From: the human T2T-CHM13v2.0 reference genome, Homo sapiens
NCBI GenBank assembly: GCA_009914755.4
Contig: CP068257.2
Coordinates: forward strand, 30,784,001 to 30,848,000
Length of the DNA stretch: 64,000 bases
Direction of reading: 5' to 3'
This document shows, in pieces, positions 37,936-53,679 of the stretch. Every line of letters starts with the position of its first letter. The stretch's first letter is position 1. Under the pieces are notes generated by a model that did no database searches, had not been told where the DNA came from, and saw nothing but the letters and a program-made list of their open reading frames with translations. The position numbers and the translations under genes are program-made.

Positions 37936-39295
37936 GAGCCCCACCATCGCCTCCCTGCACCACGCCCTTGGAGCAGGCCCCTTCTCTACGCAGGGCACCC
38001 TGCCTGTCTTTCCTCTCCAGCAGCAAGACAGAGCCAAGAGTGATTTCTTGAAATGAAATTGCATCCTCTCATTCCAATAAGGCATGGCCTCACTAGTGGG
38101 AGATGAGCAAATGAAAGCCTCCCTCAGGATGGGCATCCACACATCCAGGGGACACTCACCCCGATTTTTTTCCTGGTTTATAAAGGTGCTTCAGGACTCC
38201 TTGGCTCCTGGCCAATATCTTAGTGCTTCCTGAAGGGGAAAGAGCCCTCCAAACCATTCAGTGGGCCATCCCAGACCGAGGTTTCTGACCCAGACATTGA
38301 AACAGGAGGAGTTCCCTTATCCCCCCTTGCAGGGCACGTGACAGGGGCATGGCTCGCTTCTCAGTACCCTGCTGCTCAAACCCCTAGAGGGGGCATGCAG
38401 ATGGACAGGTCGTGGGGAGCGTTTTTGGGCTCCGACCCCACAGCAGCTTGTAGAATTGGGTGTTTACAGCTCCCGAAGCCCCAGTGGGCATGTGTTACAG
38501 TGGTCTCCTTCAGTTTTGCCATCTGCAGGCGGCTTGTGTTAATCAGCTCAATTAGACCCTCTGCCTTATCACAAAGACAGATGGCTTTCTGTATCCCAGG
38601 TTCTTGCCCTAGTGTACTCGGAAAATCAGATTTCGCATGGACTTGGAGAAGGAGTGCAAGGTTTTATTGAGTGGAGGAGGTGGCTCTCGGATGGGGAGCC
38701 AGAAGGGGGATGGAGTGGGAAGGTGGTCTTCCCCTAGAGTTGGGCTGCCCAGCAGCCAGACTCTCCTCCGACCGCCCCCGACTGATTTCCACATCGCCCC
38801 GCTGTCGAAAGCCCGCCAGCATCTGCTGGTGTCTGTCAGTGTGCTCTTCTGCTTCTCTGCTCCTCTCGACGTCCAGCCACTTGTGTGTGTGCCCACTAGG
38901 GTCTTGGGTTTTTTATGGGCACAGGATGGGGGTCATGGCAGGCCAGAGTAGTCTTGGAAAATGCAACATTTGGACATGAAAACAGGAGTGCCTGTTCTCA
39001 CTAAGGTCCATGGGCACAAGCCCATGGGTGGAGCCCTCGCCAGGGACCCCACCCTTCTCTACCCAGCACTCCCCTGCCCCCCTTCCATGTCAACATGAAA
39101 GCTGACATTGGCTCCTGTGCCCCACCTCTGGGCCTGGTTTGGTGACCTCTGCACCAGAGCTGCTAGGGAGGCCCCATCCCACATGTTGTTGATTGAACAG
39201 CCCTTCCCCAGGGGAACCAACGTCCTCCTGTCCCCAAACCCATGGAGGAGTGGTGGGTTCCTGGGCCTCTAGTAACTCGACTGAATATTTTCCAG

Positions 39296-39492
39296 GTTAC
39301 CTAACCAAACTCCTGCAAAACCACACCACCTATGCCTGTGATGGGGACTATTTGAATCTACAGTGCCCTCGGCATTCTACGATAAGTGTCCAATCGGCAT
39401 TTTATGGGCAAGATTACCAAATGTGTAGTTCCCAGAAGCCTGCCTCCCAGAGGGAAGACAGCTTAACCTGTGTGGCAGCCACCACCTTCCAG
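39296..39492 (+). CDS. EVA1C: Internal coding exon (probably exon 2). It encodes the N-terminal part of SUEL-type lectin domain 1. The peptide is ..GYLTKLLQNHTTYACDGDYLNLQCPRHSTISVQSAFYGQDYQMCSSQKPASQREDSLTCVAATTFQ.
   Basis: A polypyrimidine tract and AG acceptor (ttttccAG|gttacc) precede the exon, and a GT donor (ttccag|GTattg) follows it. The open frame carries the lectin motif YACDGDYLNLQC...AFYGQ. The exon is 197 bp, enters in phase 1 and leaves in phase 0, matching the next exon. The peptide matches what I recall of human EVA1C. Confidence 0.75.
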
Positions 39493-39932
39493 GTATTGCC
39501 TTTTGTAGACATGTTAAGATGATACAGTTTCAACACACACTCTTTCTCTCTCTCTGGGTATAAATATATTTGTGATTATATAGTTCAATCCAAGCAAAAC
39601 TGATCCATGAAAAATCCCAATTTATACAGATCACCAGTTTTGTAGGTGAGCTATTATTTGCTTCTCAAAGGATTTGTTGCCCAACAAAACTAAATAGAAT
39701 TCCTACCTATTGTAGAGCCCCCTTTGTACACTTCAATATGAATTTATTTGTAGGTTTACTCCTTACTTTAGTATAGCAAAGTACAACCAGGATGGATTCC
39801 AACCTCCAGGCCCACATCTCCCATAAATACTCCTGTAGAAAGGGAAGGTAGGTTCTTTAATGGAAACCACAAGTATCTCTTTGAGGCAGACATCTGAAGT
39901 CATGACCAACTTTTTAGAAAATGTACTCAAAG

Positions 39933-40310
<378 letters not shown>

Positions 40311-40989
40311 TCATTCTTGCTTGGAGCTATTTTAGGCAGCCTTTACTGACTCCTTCCTTCTACTACATAGTACCAGGAATTGGGAGAGGTGTGGTTTAAG
40401 TCATTCTTTTTGTGGTTGGCATATTTAGGGAAAGATTTGGTATAGGAGAAGGTCAAACTAATATTTCAATGATGGTTTTAGACTGTGCATGGCTTTCAAT
40501 CATCTGAGCAACTTCTACTTCACCATCCCTGGCCCCTAACATATATAACTAGTTGACCAGGATTACTGAGTCACTTGGCCTTGGATTTTTTTTTTTATGC
40601 CTCCCAAGTTCCATATGAATACATTTAAAGCAGGGAGTTTAGAGCAGGTGGAAAGTTGGAAGTCTGTTTGATTTTGTCGACCGTAGGAAATATGGATAAA
40701 GATACATTTGCTAGAACTAAGGAGAAATAAGAGTAGCTTTAATGCTGTGTAGCTCTCCCTAAGGCCCAAACAGGAGACGCAAACTAATGTGATGATGTAA
40801 GAATTTTTCTATTTCTCACACCATCCCTTGCTTCCACTCCAAGCATGGTAGTATCTGGGTATTTAGGTGATTGGTGAAACACACCAATTGAGTAGCCAAA
40901 ATGAATGTGTCTGAATGACTCCCCATGACATGGTTTCTATACCTTGAGGAGAGACAACATGTTTCTTCAGGAGACAAGAAGTTGCTTTC

Positions 40990-41285
40990 CCTGTGTGCTC
41001 CACTGTCTTAGTCCTTTTTGTGCTGCTATAACAGTGTACCTGAGCCTGGGTAATTCATAAGGACCTGAGATTGATTTCTCACTGTTCTGAAGGTCAGGAA
41101 GTCCAAGAGCAAGGCGCCATAGGTTTGGTGTCTCTACTTCCAGGATGGCTCCTTGAACACTACATCCTCTAGGGGGTTGGAGAACGCTGGTACTCATGTG
41201 GCAGAAGAATGGAAGGGGCAAGAGAAGGAGAGAGGGCCAACTTGCCTTTTATAACAAGCCTAGTGCCACTCTAACAACCTACTCC
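40990..41285 (-). mobile_element. Related ancient LTR-like repeat fragment.
   Basis: The segment ctgctataacagtgtacctgagcctgggtaattcataa..tctcactgttctgaaggtcaggaagtccaagagcaaggcgcc..gaagaatggaaggggcaagagaagg is present. Confidence 0.55.
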
Positions 41286-41752
41286 TGAAAAAAAACAAAA
41301 AACAAACAAACAAACAAAAACAGTATTAATCCATTCATAAGGGTGAAGACCTGATGGTCTAATCACCTCTTAAAGACTCCACCTGTTAACACTGTTACTG
41401 TTAAAGCAGCAATTACATTTCAATGTGAGTTTTGGGGGGGATAAACATTCCAGCCATAGCACCCACCCTACCCCTAACTCTCTCTGTTGGGCGCCACCCC
41501 AGGAGCTACATCCCTCTTGACCCACCCCCATTTCTCAGCCACCTGCCCTGGCCATCCATCCTTGGATCCCAGGCTACCTGCTGCCCTCCTGGGTGCATGA
41601 AAGGAATGTTGGCCAGTACCAACATTTTTTTAAAGTGGCTACTTTGTAAAAGTAGGAACTCTTGGCATACACTAGAGCATGGGCACCACCTGCACCATTC
41701 CACGGGTACCTGCCTCTGCCAGATACCCCTGAGGGAAGAGGATGTTCTATAA

Positions 41753-42175
<423 letters not shown>

Positions 42176-43580
42176 TTCTTTTGTGTCTTTTAAGCTGCAC
42201 TCGGAGCACAGGCAAGGTGCTTCCTCAGAGGGAGGTTGCTTAACATGGGGAGACATCCACACAGGAGACCACAGCTGATCCATCCCTTGACTGTCAGCAG
42301 CAAGTCCCCCTCTCTGCATTTTCCAGCTCATGACATAGTTTGGAAATAGCCCTGCCCTGGGGTCTGCTCTGTGGTTGTAACAGTGGAGCCCTCCGGTGAC
42401 ATCTGTGGGCCAAGTCATTTCACCATGACCTTTGGCCATGCCACATGCAGTCATCTGAAAGCTGCACCTTCTGGGGTCTGAGGGGTTTCTTGGGTATTTT
42501 TTCCTGATTGAGACACATCTGCTGGGCCCCTGAGAGAATGGGGGATACCTGGCGGGGCCAGCATTCTTCACGGAGCTATTCCACGAGCTACTATGAGAAC
42601 ATGGTGACTCAGAGAGGCTCACGTGTCTGCACTAAATTCAGACCTAAAGTAATAAGCAGATTCTTGGGAACTTTTTTTTTAACTGTACTTGATGTCCTTT
42701 TTGTTTTTGTTTTAACCAGACCCAAGTTCAGGACCTCTGTGTTTATCACAAGCAGGACTTGTTCCATTTGGGAACGAGGACCTAGAGAACAGCAGCAAAA
42801 AGCTGAGCCTTCCCAGGACCTGGAGGAGGGTGTTCTGTGAGCTTCCACAGAGCAGATGCCTTAAAAACGAAGGAGCTGTCTGGAAAAAATCAGGAGAGAG
42901 AGAGAGATTGAGATTTGCAGGAAAGCCTTTACTGCCAATGCTCAACAGAAAGTCTGAGTGTTCCACTAAGAAAACTGCTCCCCGAGGGAGAAGTGGGTCC
43001 CATCCTCTTGAGTTTGATGAGGGTGGGAATCAGCTTTGTAATTTTTATTTTTTGGCCTGTGGATGGTTCGTAAGCTGGAAAGGGTTTGGGTCCCCAAGAG
43101 CTCCCCGATGCACAGCTCTCCTGTGTCCTGTGTGGGGCTATTTAAGGATGAAAGGCCAGGACTGTGAATCCTGATGGTCACAGCTCTCTCAGCTTAAAGC
43201 TAGGGGACCCCGCTCGAAGGGGACCCTGAAGTACCCTGCACCCCAATATCTGAAAGTCCTCTGACCTCGCTTGCACCCCCTGGAGCCTCGGCACTCAGTG
43301 CCTTTGCTGAAAGTAGCAGCCGCCGCACCAGTAGTGGTGGATCAGAGGTTAGTTTTCCCAGGAGCCTGGCACTATTGGATCAGGTTTCTTTTCAGGAGAA
43401 AGAGCAGGGAGACAGGGAGCTAACCCAATCACCCACGTCTATGCTCTTTGGCCTTAGACACAGCTTGGCCAGGTGGGGAGGCGTCCTTCCCTTTGCAGAG
43501 CCCAGAGCAGCCCAGGTTCGGGTCTGGCAGTCACTGTGAGCAGTTTTCAAGCCTGTCCCTTTTCTACCCTCTCCTTCTAG

Positions 43581-43704
43581 AAGGTGCTGGACGAATGCCA
43601 GAACCAGCGGGCCTGCCACCTCCTGGTCAATAGCCGTGTTTTTGGACCTGACCTTTGTCCAGGAAGCAGTAAATACCTCCTGGTCTCCTTTAAATGCCAA
43701 CCTA
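43581..43704 (+). CDS. EVA1C: Internal coding exon (probably exon 3). It encodes the C-terminal part of SUEL lectin domain 1. The peptide is KVLDECQNQRACHLLVNSRVFGPDLCPGSSKYLLVSFKCQP.
   Basis: The acceptor is ctccttctAG|aaggtg and the donor is ccta|GTAAGT, a consensus donor. The exon is 124 bp, entering in phase 0 and leaving in phase 1. The cysteine pattern parallels the latrophilin SUEL lectin C-terminal half (..CPG..KYL.V.Y.C.P). Confidence 0.8.
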
Positions 43705-43852
43705 GTAAGTAACTTCGGAGGGGGACAGTGTGTTTGGGGTGTGGTTCTCGTTTCCTTCACACTCCTGGTCAAAATTCTCTGCCCGTTGGCATTTGTCCAA
43801 CTTTGAAACTCATTAACAGACACATTGGGCTCCATCCTACCCAGTTTTTTAG

Positions 43853-43903
43853 AGACAGAGAGAGAAAGAAAGACAGAGAAAGAAAGAGAGAGAGATTTTG
43901 TGT
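43853..43903. repeat. (GA)n/(GAAA)n purine tract in the intron about 150 bp downstream of EVA1C exon 3.
   Basis: The segment agagacagagagagaaagaaagacagagaaagaaagagagagag. Confidence 0.9.
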
Positions 43904-44462
43904 GTGTGAGTCTGCACATGCCTTCATTTTCTTACAAATGCCTGAATTTTAAAAATCCTTTCCAATATGTAAAACTCAGTTGTACTGATGCTACAACTCT
44001 CAGGGGTGGTGAGAGACTGCAATTGCTGTTCCTCAAAGTGAGGAGCTGGTTCTGCGTTTCAGAGGTGTCTTGTGCTGAGATTGAGAGGCTGCCTGTTTTT
44101 CCTTGAGGCCCAGTGGCCCACTTGCCACCTGCGCCCACTGCTTCAGATCTTTAAGAACCAGCTCCTCCCGCCCTCACCCACGGCAGGGGCTCCTTGTTCC
44201 CCAGGAGAATGAGAGGGGATATGGCTGGAGCCATCTCTTTTATTCTGATTCTTGTTGTTTTCTCCATTGACTTTTGCCATTTCTAATACGCATCAGCTTT
44301 GTGATGGGCAAAAATAATCCATCTTCCGTGGGTGGGTCACACTTCCAGGAGCCAAGAGCCTGCCTGAGATAAATCATAGGTCACTGTGGCATTAGAGGTT
44401 CTTGCACACTTTGTTGCAAAGAAACGATAGCAGTGTGTTTAACCAAAAAAATGAGAAGTTAA

Positions 44463-44768
<306 letters not shown>

Positions 44769-45039
44769 TAAGCATTTTTAAACCTCCTCCCTGCCACCCA
44801 ACACAACTGTTTTCACTTTTTGCGTTTTGTTGTCTGTTAGCTCCCGCCCTGGTTCCCCGAGACCCTGGTGGCCTAGGTGCCAGACTTATGTGGGGAGAGG
44901 TCAGGCCACACTCGTACTATGGTCTCAGGTACACATGTGGGGAGAAACCCCCCCGATCTCTTCAGCAGATATGCAGGCTTCTGTCAAACCCCTTCCCTGC
45001 CAGGGCCCAGATACGTCAAAGCTGCCCTGTGTTCTTCTA

Positions 45040-45250
45040 ACACAGCACACGCAAAGGCACTCACACTCTCACAGCACATAACAGACGCTCCTCACACTCA
45101 CCTCTCATAATAGACATCATCACACACAGGCACACACTAACACAACCTTATACCCCATTATACACACTCAAACACATACAAGCTGTCACACTCACTCACA
45201 CTGTCATACATGCTCACACACACTCACATGTACAGACAATCGCAAATACC
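45040..45250. repeat. CA-rich low-complexity region (degenerate (CA)n/(CACT)n).
   Basis: The segment cacactctcacagcacataacag..cacactcacctctcataatagacatcatcacacacaggcacacactaacacaacc..cacactcactcacactgtcatacatgctcacacacactcacatg. Confidence 0.85.
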
Positions 45251-45543
45251 TACAAGCAGGCCCAGCCATTCAGAACCGCCTGAACTCCCTTCGTGACCCC
45301 TCTCCACCCTCCCTCCGCCCCTAGGCATTGGGATCACCTCCTGCCTCAGTCAACAGACTCAGGAAATCACATCAAGATCTCAGTGTTCTTCCTCACTTCC
45401 CTCCAACCGCTGAATCTCACAGACGACTGTGTCATAGCCTTGAAGACACCCTTGACGGCCATTAGCTTTGCCTTCCTTTTTTTTCTGTTCTCCACTTCCC
45501 TCCTTCCATGGTGTAAAATATTGCCCTTTAAAAAGTGGCCCTT

Positions 45544-45854
<311 letters not shown>

Positions 45855-46740
45855 TCAAGATATTAACAATTGGAGACCTGAGGTGGTGGGAATATGACTG
45901 TTGGTTGTGATATTCTTTCACATTTTCTATATGTTTGAAATGTTTCATAATAAGTTGAGAAAAACCAGCCTCTAAGAGAAGTCAAATGACCTTTGTAAAA
46001 TTGACCGAACCTCGGATAAGTCAGTGCAGAGCCACAGCCCCATGACTATCGTGTGAGGTTTCATCTGGTTTATTCATATCATTTCAGCAAAGCCCCTACT
46101 TTGCACAGGAGTGGAATATGAAGAGAACTCACATCCCACAGAGATTCCCTGAGTGGCGGTTCTATCGTGGGTGGTGTCCACACCCCCTCCAGGGTATTTC
46201 TCAACCTTCCTTCACCCAGCAAGCATTCCTGAGATCTTCACACAGCTGGTTCCTTCTCCTTGTGTAATTTCCACCCCAAACAGCACCTTTCAAGAGAGGC
46301 TTTCTCTGTCCAAAAAACAACAACAAAAAACATCTTCCTCTCATCCTGCCACCCCTCTCTATCACAGCATCCTATTTTTTCTTCATAGCAGCATCATCGT
46401 TTAGATTTACCTTATTTGTGGCTTGTGTATGATTTGCACACACACTGCATCAGACTGTGAGCATGATGAGAGCAGGAACTCTGTGTGGTTCAGCATTGTT
46501 ACCCCAGAGGAACAGGTGCTTAATATGTATTCACAGAGCAAATGTTCACCCAGCAGGGGCCAGGTCCTGTGCTCAGCATTGGGGAGACACAGGTGAGCAC
46601 GTCCTCGGTAACCAGATCATCCAGTCCCGTGGGGCCTGATATTCACTGTGAGTTTCACACAAATATGTGCAAGATTCCAGGTAGGGTCAGGGCTTCATGG
46701 AGAGGCACTTGGTACTACGCAAGCAGCTCACAGAAGAATC

Positions 46741-47029
<289 letters not shown>

Positions 47030-48105
47030 TCATAGGAGGAATTGACCTTGACTAGGGGTTCAGTGGAGTCTTTTTGGAGCAAGTGATGATGGAGCTGAGA
47101 ACTGCAGGGATGGAGGGCACAGAAAGAGTGCTCCATACGGAAGCCTGTGGCTGCGGGTTGCAGGTGCATTGGCGCAGCCAGCCACAGGGTAGGAGCACAG
47201 CACCAAGACAGGAGAGAGCACCAGCTGGGGAGCCGGAGTAGGGATCCTGAGTCCTCAGAGCCAAGGAAGGAGTTGGGGCTCTATCTATAGGGCAGCATTT
47301 AAGCAGGGAGGGTGCTGTGATGAAGTCATAAAGCCCCTCTGGCTGCCCCATAGAGAGCAGATGAGAGACAGAGCCCCTGTGTAACCTGAACACCAGAAAC
47401 CTGAGCACTGCCATTTAGGAGGTGGAAGTGAGATTGTCTCCACACCTTCCTGCCTCTTTTTCTGCATCTCTCACACCTCCTGAGGCTCTTCTTCTCAATT
47501 CCCAGTTCCAGTCTGAGCAGGACACTGTGATTGTCCAAAGGCTGCACTGCTGCACCCTGTGGTGTGCAGAGCCAGTTCTTATGATGAGAGCCAGTTATGC
47601 ACATGTCTTACCAGCTCTGCCTGTGTTCTGTGGCATCTGCCACGGTGGGAGTATTTACACCAGGGAAATGGGCAAATGCCACTGATCGGGTTTATTTGTT
47701 TGTCTTTACGGAAAGCTATTTTACCAGCAAGGCTCACCGGAACCTTCTTTTCCCTAATGTGCACTATGCTTCCTTCCTCAAAATCTCACCTCCCAAATTG
47801 CATCCCTTCAGGAAATGTAGGTTTCAGCGAGGCTTGGATTTAGGCAGTTCTGGGTTCATATTCCTTTCTGCTGCATATCGTATCTGCTGTGTGTTGGGCA
47901 GTGTAGGGACACTTTCTAGGACTCAGTTGTAACATGGGATTATGTCTCTTCTGCATAGGGCTGTTTTAAGACTGTGAAAACACAGTGTTGTATGTAACAC
48001 GCTAGCACAGGACCATGGAGTTGAGCTCAGCAGTTGGTAGCTATTATTTCAATAAGCTGATTCAAATCACTCTGCTAAAGATATGAATGACTAAAGGATA
48101 TAGTC

Positions 48106-48373
<268 letters not shown>

Positions 48374-49104
48374 TTACTAAATAAAGAAATAATAAAAATA
48401 AATAAAAGTGACTATCTACATTTCAGCATCACTATGCACTGGCAATTGTATGCAATGTCAGTAATAAAATACTCCCATCGCGGCAGATCCTTCCTCTGCC
48501 CACCTTTGAAAGGTGGCTAGTGATGTGTTGGGAACAGGCACCCCAAAATCTGGCCATAAACTGGCCCCAAAACTGGCCATAAAGAAAATCTCTGCCACAC
48601 TGTGACATGTTCGTGATGGCCATGATGCCCATGCTGGAAGGTTGTGGGTTTACTGGAATGAGGGCAAGGAACACCTGGCCCACCCAGAGTGGAAAACCAC
48701 TTAAAGGAGTTCTTAAACCACAAACAGTAGCATGAGTGATCTGTGCCTTAAGGATGTGCTCCTGCTGCAGGTAACTAGCCAGAGCCCATCCCTCTGCTTC
48801 GGCCCATCCCTTTATTTCCCATAAGGAATAGTTTTAGTTAATCTATAATCTATAGAAACAATGCTTATCACTGGCTTGCTGTGATGATTTATGTGGGTAA
48901 ATCTCTGTTCGAGGCTCTCAGCTCTGGAGGCTGTGAGACCCCTGATTTCCCACTCCACACCTCTATATTTCTGTGTGTGTGTCTTTAATTCTTCTAGCGC
49001 CACTGGTTTAGGGTCTCCCCGACCGAGCTGGTCTCGGCAGTGATGTGCTTTTGTGACTGTTGTATCGAAAAGAAGCAGAATGACCCACATAACCCTCTCA
49101 TTTG

Positions 49105-49184
49105 TAGGTTGGTGCAAAAATAATCGCGGTTTTTGCCCATTGCTTTTAATGGCAAAAATCACAGTTACTTTTGCACCAACCTAA
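49105..49184. mobile_element. MADE1 (mariner-derived MITE). It is an 80-bp near-perfect palindrome flanked by TA, and so a potential mir-548-family-type hairpin.
   Basis: The sequence is taggttggtgcaaaaataatcgcggtttttgcc..ggcaaaaatcacagttacttttgcaccaacctaa. This matches the MADE1 consensus (ttaggttggtgcaaaagtaattgcggtttttgccattaaaagtaatggcaaaaaccgcaattacttttgcaccaacctaa). Confidence 0.85.
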
Positions 49185-50523
49185 TAAAATGAGGAGGCGG
49201 GGATTTCATTGCTCTTGTCATTTAAGCAGAGTCGTGGTTCTACCTTCCCAGGCCCCTGCCATCCTCCCCATCTAAACTCCCAGGAGAGTTGGCAACCCAC
49301 TTCTGGAAGGCTGCCCACACCTTCTCTAATCTGAGACCAATTGAGAACTCTAACCCAGCTCTAAAACAAATTCTAGTCTTCTAAGAAAAGTAGCAATGAT
49401 GTTAGTAGTTTCCTAATTTTTTATAATCCAGAAATGTCACTCTTATGTGGCAGTGAATTCGCACATTCCCAAGGAACCAAGTGACTCAACATAACACAAC
49501 AGTCACCCCCAGGATGTAATGTGACACGCACAGGCCCCTCCGTTCCAGGAGATGGTTTGCCCATAATCTGGGGACGAAATCGCTGGAGGCCTTGCATGTG
49601 GGTGTTGCGTTACTGTGGGAGGGTTTTGTTGGCATCAAGGCTACCTTTAATGAATGGGCTTTAATAAATCAAAGAGATGTGGCTAATAAATGCGTTTCAT
49701 GACATGCCTTAAACAAAACAAAACAAAAAAAAAACCTCTTGTAACTTTTAAATATTTTGATTTATAAAAAAAGAAAAAAAAAAGACTTCCATTTAAAAAG
49801 TTTCCAATTTGTGGAGATAAAGCTTGTTTTTGTCCTGCCTTCTCCCATCCTCTTTCTGTGCCAGCTCTGCCATGGGAAGGCATTCTTAACATTTTTCTGA
49901 GTTCTTATGGTTGGAAGGGGACTTTGGCTCTTTTGGTGTTTCTATCCAAGCCCTCTTTTCTGCATCAAAGGCCATCGTTCACTCTGGGCCTTTGAAGTCA
50001 GGCAAAATTTTGTTGTTGGTGGGATTTAGCATCTACTCATAAACTGCATATAAATGCCAGTGCGGATATGACTCACCAAAAAGAATCGAACCTTCTGACG
50101 TTCGGGTCAGACTTAGCAGTCTTTTATCTAGAGAAAGAAAACAAAACTTGCCTTGGCTCTAAGTTTAAGCTGTTGAATTAAGATTCCAGTGAGTGGGTAA
50201 AGGGCCTTCGAGACATTTGCTTAGTCACCATTTTCATTTTTCTTCCTCGTGGAGGTTCTTCCTGCGTGTTAAACTACCAGGGCAGGATAGGGATTTTGTG
50301 AGCATCTGTAGGCTGGCTTCTGCTCCCAGCCTTTCATTCATCTTGAATGTTCCCGTCCTCATGGATGAAAGGATAGCAACAAAGTTTGCCAGCAGCAGAG
50401 CTGGTGGTCCTCTTGAGATTCTGTAGTTTTCCTTCTTGTGGTCCAAAATTTTGTCTCACTGTTGTTTCTCTGCTTTTGGTACAAAGTCATGGAAATTTAC
50501 AAGGTACAGAAAGATGGCATTTA

Positions 50524-50819
<296 letters not shown>

Positions 50820-51572
50820 GTGACATTTATATTTGGAAATTATTGTCTTTCATTTTTTAAGTTTGGAGCTTAGCATCACTGACACCAGGATAAGAAGATC
50901 CAGCCAGGTGCCATGGCCCTAATGTGTACAGCTCATGCCTTTCTGCAGGGATTAAGGTGGGCGTTTTCAAATTGTGATTGCAGCCCATGGTAGGAAAAGA
51001 TTTTCACTTTTTGGCCCAGTGGAACACATACTCATATACACACAACTGAAAAAGAAATGTTTAAATTACAAAACAGTGTTTATACTTTCTTCATGTGATG
51101 CCCTTTGTTGTTTTCTAAACTACTCTATGCTTTATTTTCAAAAATTGCTGGTTACAACTCACTAATGATTTCAAGACTCATGAATGAACCTCAAATCACA
51201 ATTTGGAAAACTCTGGCTTGAGGTGTGTTTGGGACCTGGAATCAGCCTGCACTTCCAATCCAGGAAAGAAAAGTGGAAGAACATGAGCACGTGAGAGGAG
51301 TGAGAGGCTGGGGTGGAAGAGGTTCTCTCTGGACAGTCTTCCCACCCACCCCAGGCCAGCCCATGACAGCCCAAGCAGTTCTTGCCATTTAACTCTTGTT
51401 TGCAGTTAACGCCAATGCTTGTTTGGCTGAAAAATGCACCTGTCCGCTATGTGGTTGCCATTTCAAAGTAGAAAACTCCAGAACAGTGGTGATAGGGTAG
51501 AGCTAGCATTTTTAAAAGAATTTTCTTTACAAAATGTTGGCAAGGATAAGAACCACATATGCAAATAAATGA

Positions 51573-51785
<213 letters not shown>

Positions 51786-52122
51786 TAGCTACCATTATTT
51801 AAAGATATCTTTATTAAGATATCATTTACATAGCATAAAATTCACATTTTCCAAGTGTACAATCCCATGATTTTCAGTGAATTTACTGAGTAGTGCAACC
51901 GTGACCACAGTCCAGCATGGGACATTCCCACCATCTCAGAAGTCTTCCTTGTGTCCATTTCTGTCACTCTGTGACCTCACCTTCAGCCTCAGGCACCCAC
52001 TCATCTACATTCTGCCTCTAAAGGTTTGCCTCCTCTGAATCCTTCATATAAGTGGAATCATACCTACGCAGTCTTTTGTGTCTGCAGTGTTAGCTCTTAC
52101 TGCTTTAAAAAATCAAATCATT

Positions 52123-52449
<327 letters not shown>

Positions 52450-52805
52450 TTAAATGGTTTTGGAGTACATTCTTTAAAAAAAAAAATAAACTGTGTTTTC
52501 TTCAACAGTGCACGCATAATGCCAACTTTGTACGACATTGCAAAGAAAGATTTTACTATGATAAGCAGATTAAACAAACAAACAAACTTTTCCCTGAATT
52601 CTTTGGGAACAAAGCACTACCTGGTCCAAAACATCCTAACCTAGAATGCACCATCAGCTTGACAGTCAGTTGTTCCTGGATTTACCAGATTTGGGGCAGA
52701 CTTTTCATGCTTCTCTAAAGAGGGATTCTTAACTGACACTGTGCCTTGTTTTTGCCCCTTTCCTAGGAAAGGAAATGATTTGATTTGGTATCATACCATC
52801 TTTCT

Positions 52806-52948
52806 TGCTTTTTTTTTTTTTTAAATTAGAGATGAGGTCTTGCTATGTTTCCCAGGCTGGTCTCCAACTTCTGGGCTCAAGCGAACCTCCTGTCTCAGCC
52901 TCCCACCCAAAATGCTGGGATTACGGGTGTGAGCCACTGTGCCCGGCC
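52806..52948 (-). mobile_element. Alu monomer-length fragment. TSD is CTTTCTTG.
   Basis: Poly(T) followed by aaattagagatgaggtcttgctatgtttcccaggctggtctccaacttctgggctcaagcgaacctcctgtctcagcctcccacccaaaatgctgggattacgggtgtgagccactgtgcccggcc. Confidence 0.8.
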
Positions 52949-52979
52949 TCTTTCTTGTCTTTTAAACAAATAAATGTAA

Positions 52980-53140
52980 GCCAGACATGGTGTGCATTCA
53001 TATATTCCCAGGTACTTGAGAAACTGAGGCAAGAGGATTGCTTGAGCCTAGGTTTGAGCCCAAGAGTTCGAGGCTGCAGTGAGCTATGATTGCACCACTG
53101 CACTCTAGCCTGGGTAACAGAGTGAAACCCTGTCTCTAAA
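52980..53140 (+). mobile_element. Alu right-monomer-like fragment (FRAM-like).
   Basis: The segment gccagacatggtgtgcattcatatattcccaggtacttgagaaactgaggcaagaggattgcttgagcc..gcactctagcctgggtaacagagtgaaaccctgtctc. Confidence 0.7.
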
Positions 53141-53679
53141 GAACTAAACTAAACTAAAATAACAAATAATACCTACATGCATGGGGATGCCAGTTGAGGG
53201 GCTGGAGGTGAGGTTTAACTGGGCTCTCTCCAGAGAGAGAAAGAAGCTTAATGCTTCTTTCAAGTAATTTCTGGTCTGTCTTTACCTATGTGGATCTCAA
53301 GCCAACATTTGAGAAAAGGCCCCCTTCAGTGAAGGAATGTGTGACCTTAAGTGGTGAGTGAGAGAAACTTCCTTTCTAGCCAGGTCCTTCCTGGGACCTA
53401 ACTCCATGCATCTGCTTCCTTAACGCCAGCACCTCTCCTCCATTTGCCCCTTAGTTTAATTCCCAGGGTCTTTGCGCTTGTCAACAGGTTACTTCCCACC
53501 CGCTTCCTGCAGAGGGCTTTGTTTTCTGGGGTCAGAGACAGCATGAGCCCACAGGGCCATCCCCACTGCCCCCTTCTCAGGGTGCAGCCCCGGGGAAATG
53601 AGCAATGGGACTTGGACAGAGCTCACCAATTCCTTCTGGGGGAAGCTGATGGTGCCTTCAATTTTTGTTTTTGCTTCAG

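Noticed and set aside
43392-43919. A 175-aa ORF on the - strand that overlaps EVA1C exon 3.
   Set aside because: It is antisense to a well-supported coding exon and continues into a GA-rich low-complexity tract. It is a chance antisense ORF.
47050-47950. A cluster of overlapping ORFs of 87-120 aa on both strands.
   Set aside because: The region is GC-moderate unique intronic sequence. The ORFs overlap each other on both strands, lack splice sites and have no domain-like motifs. This is consistent with random open frames.
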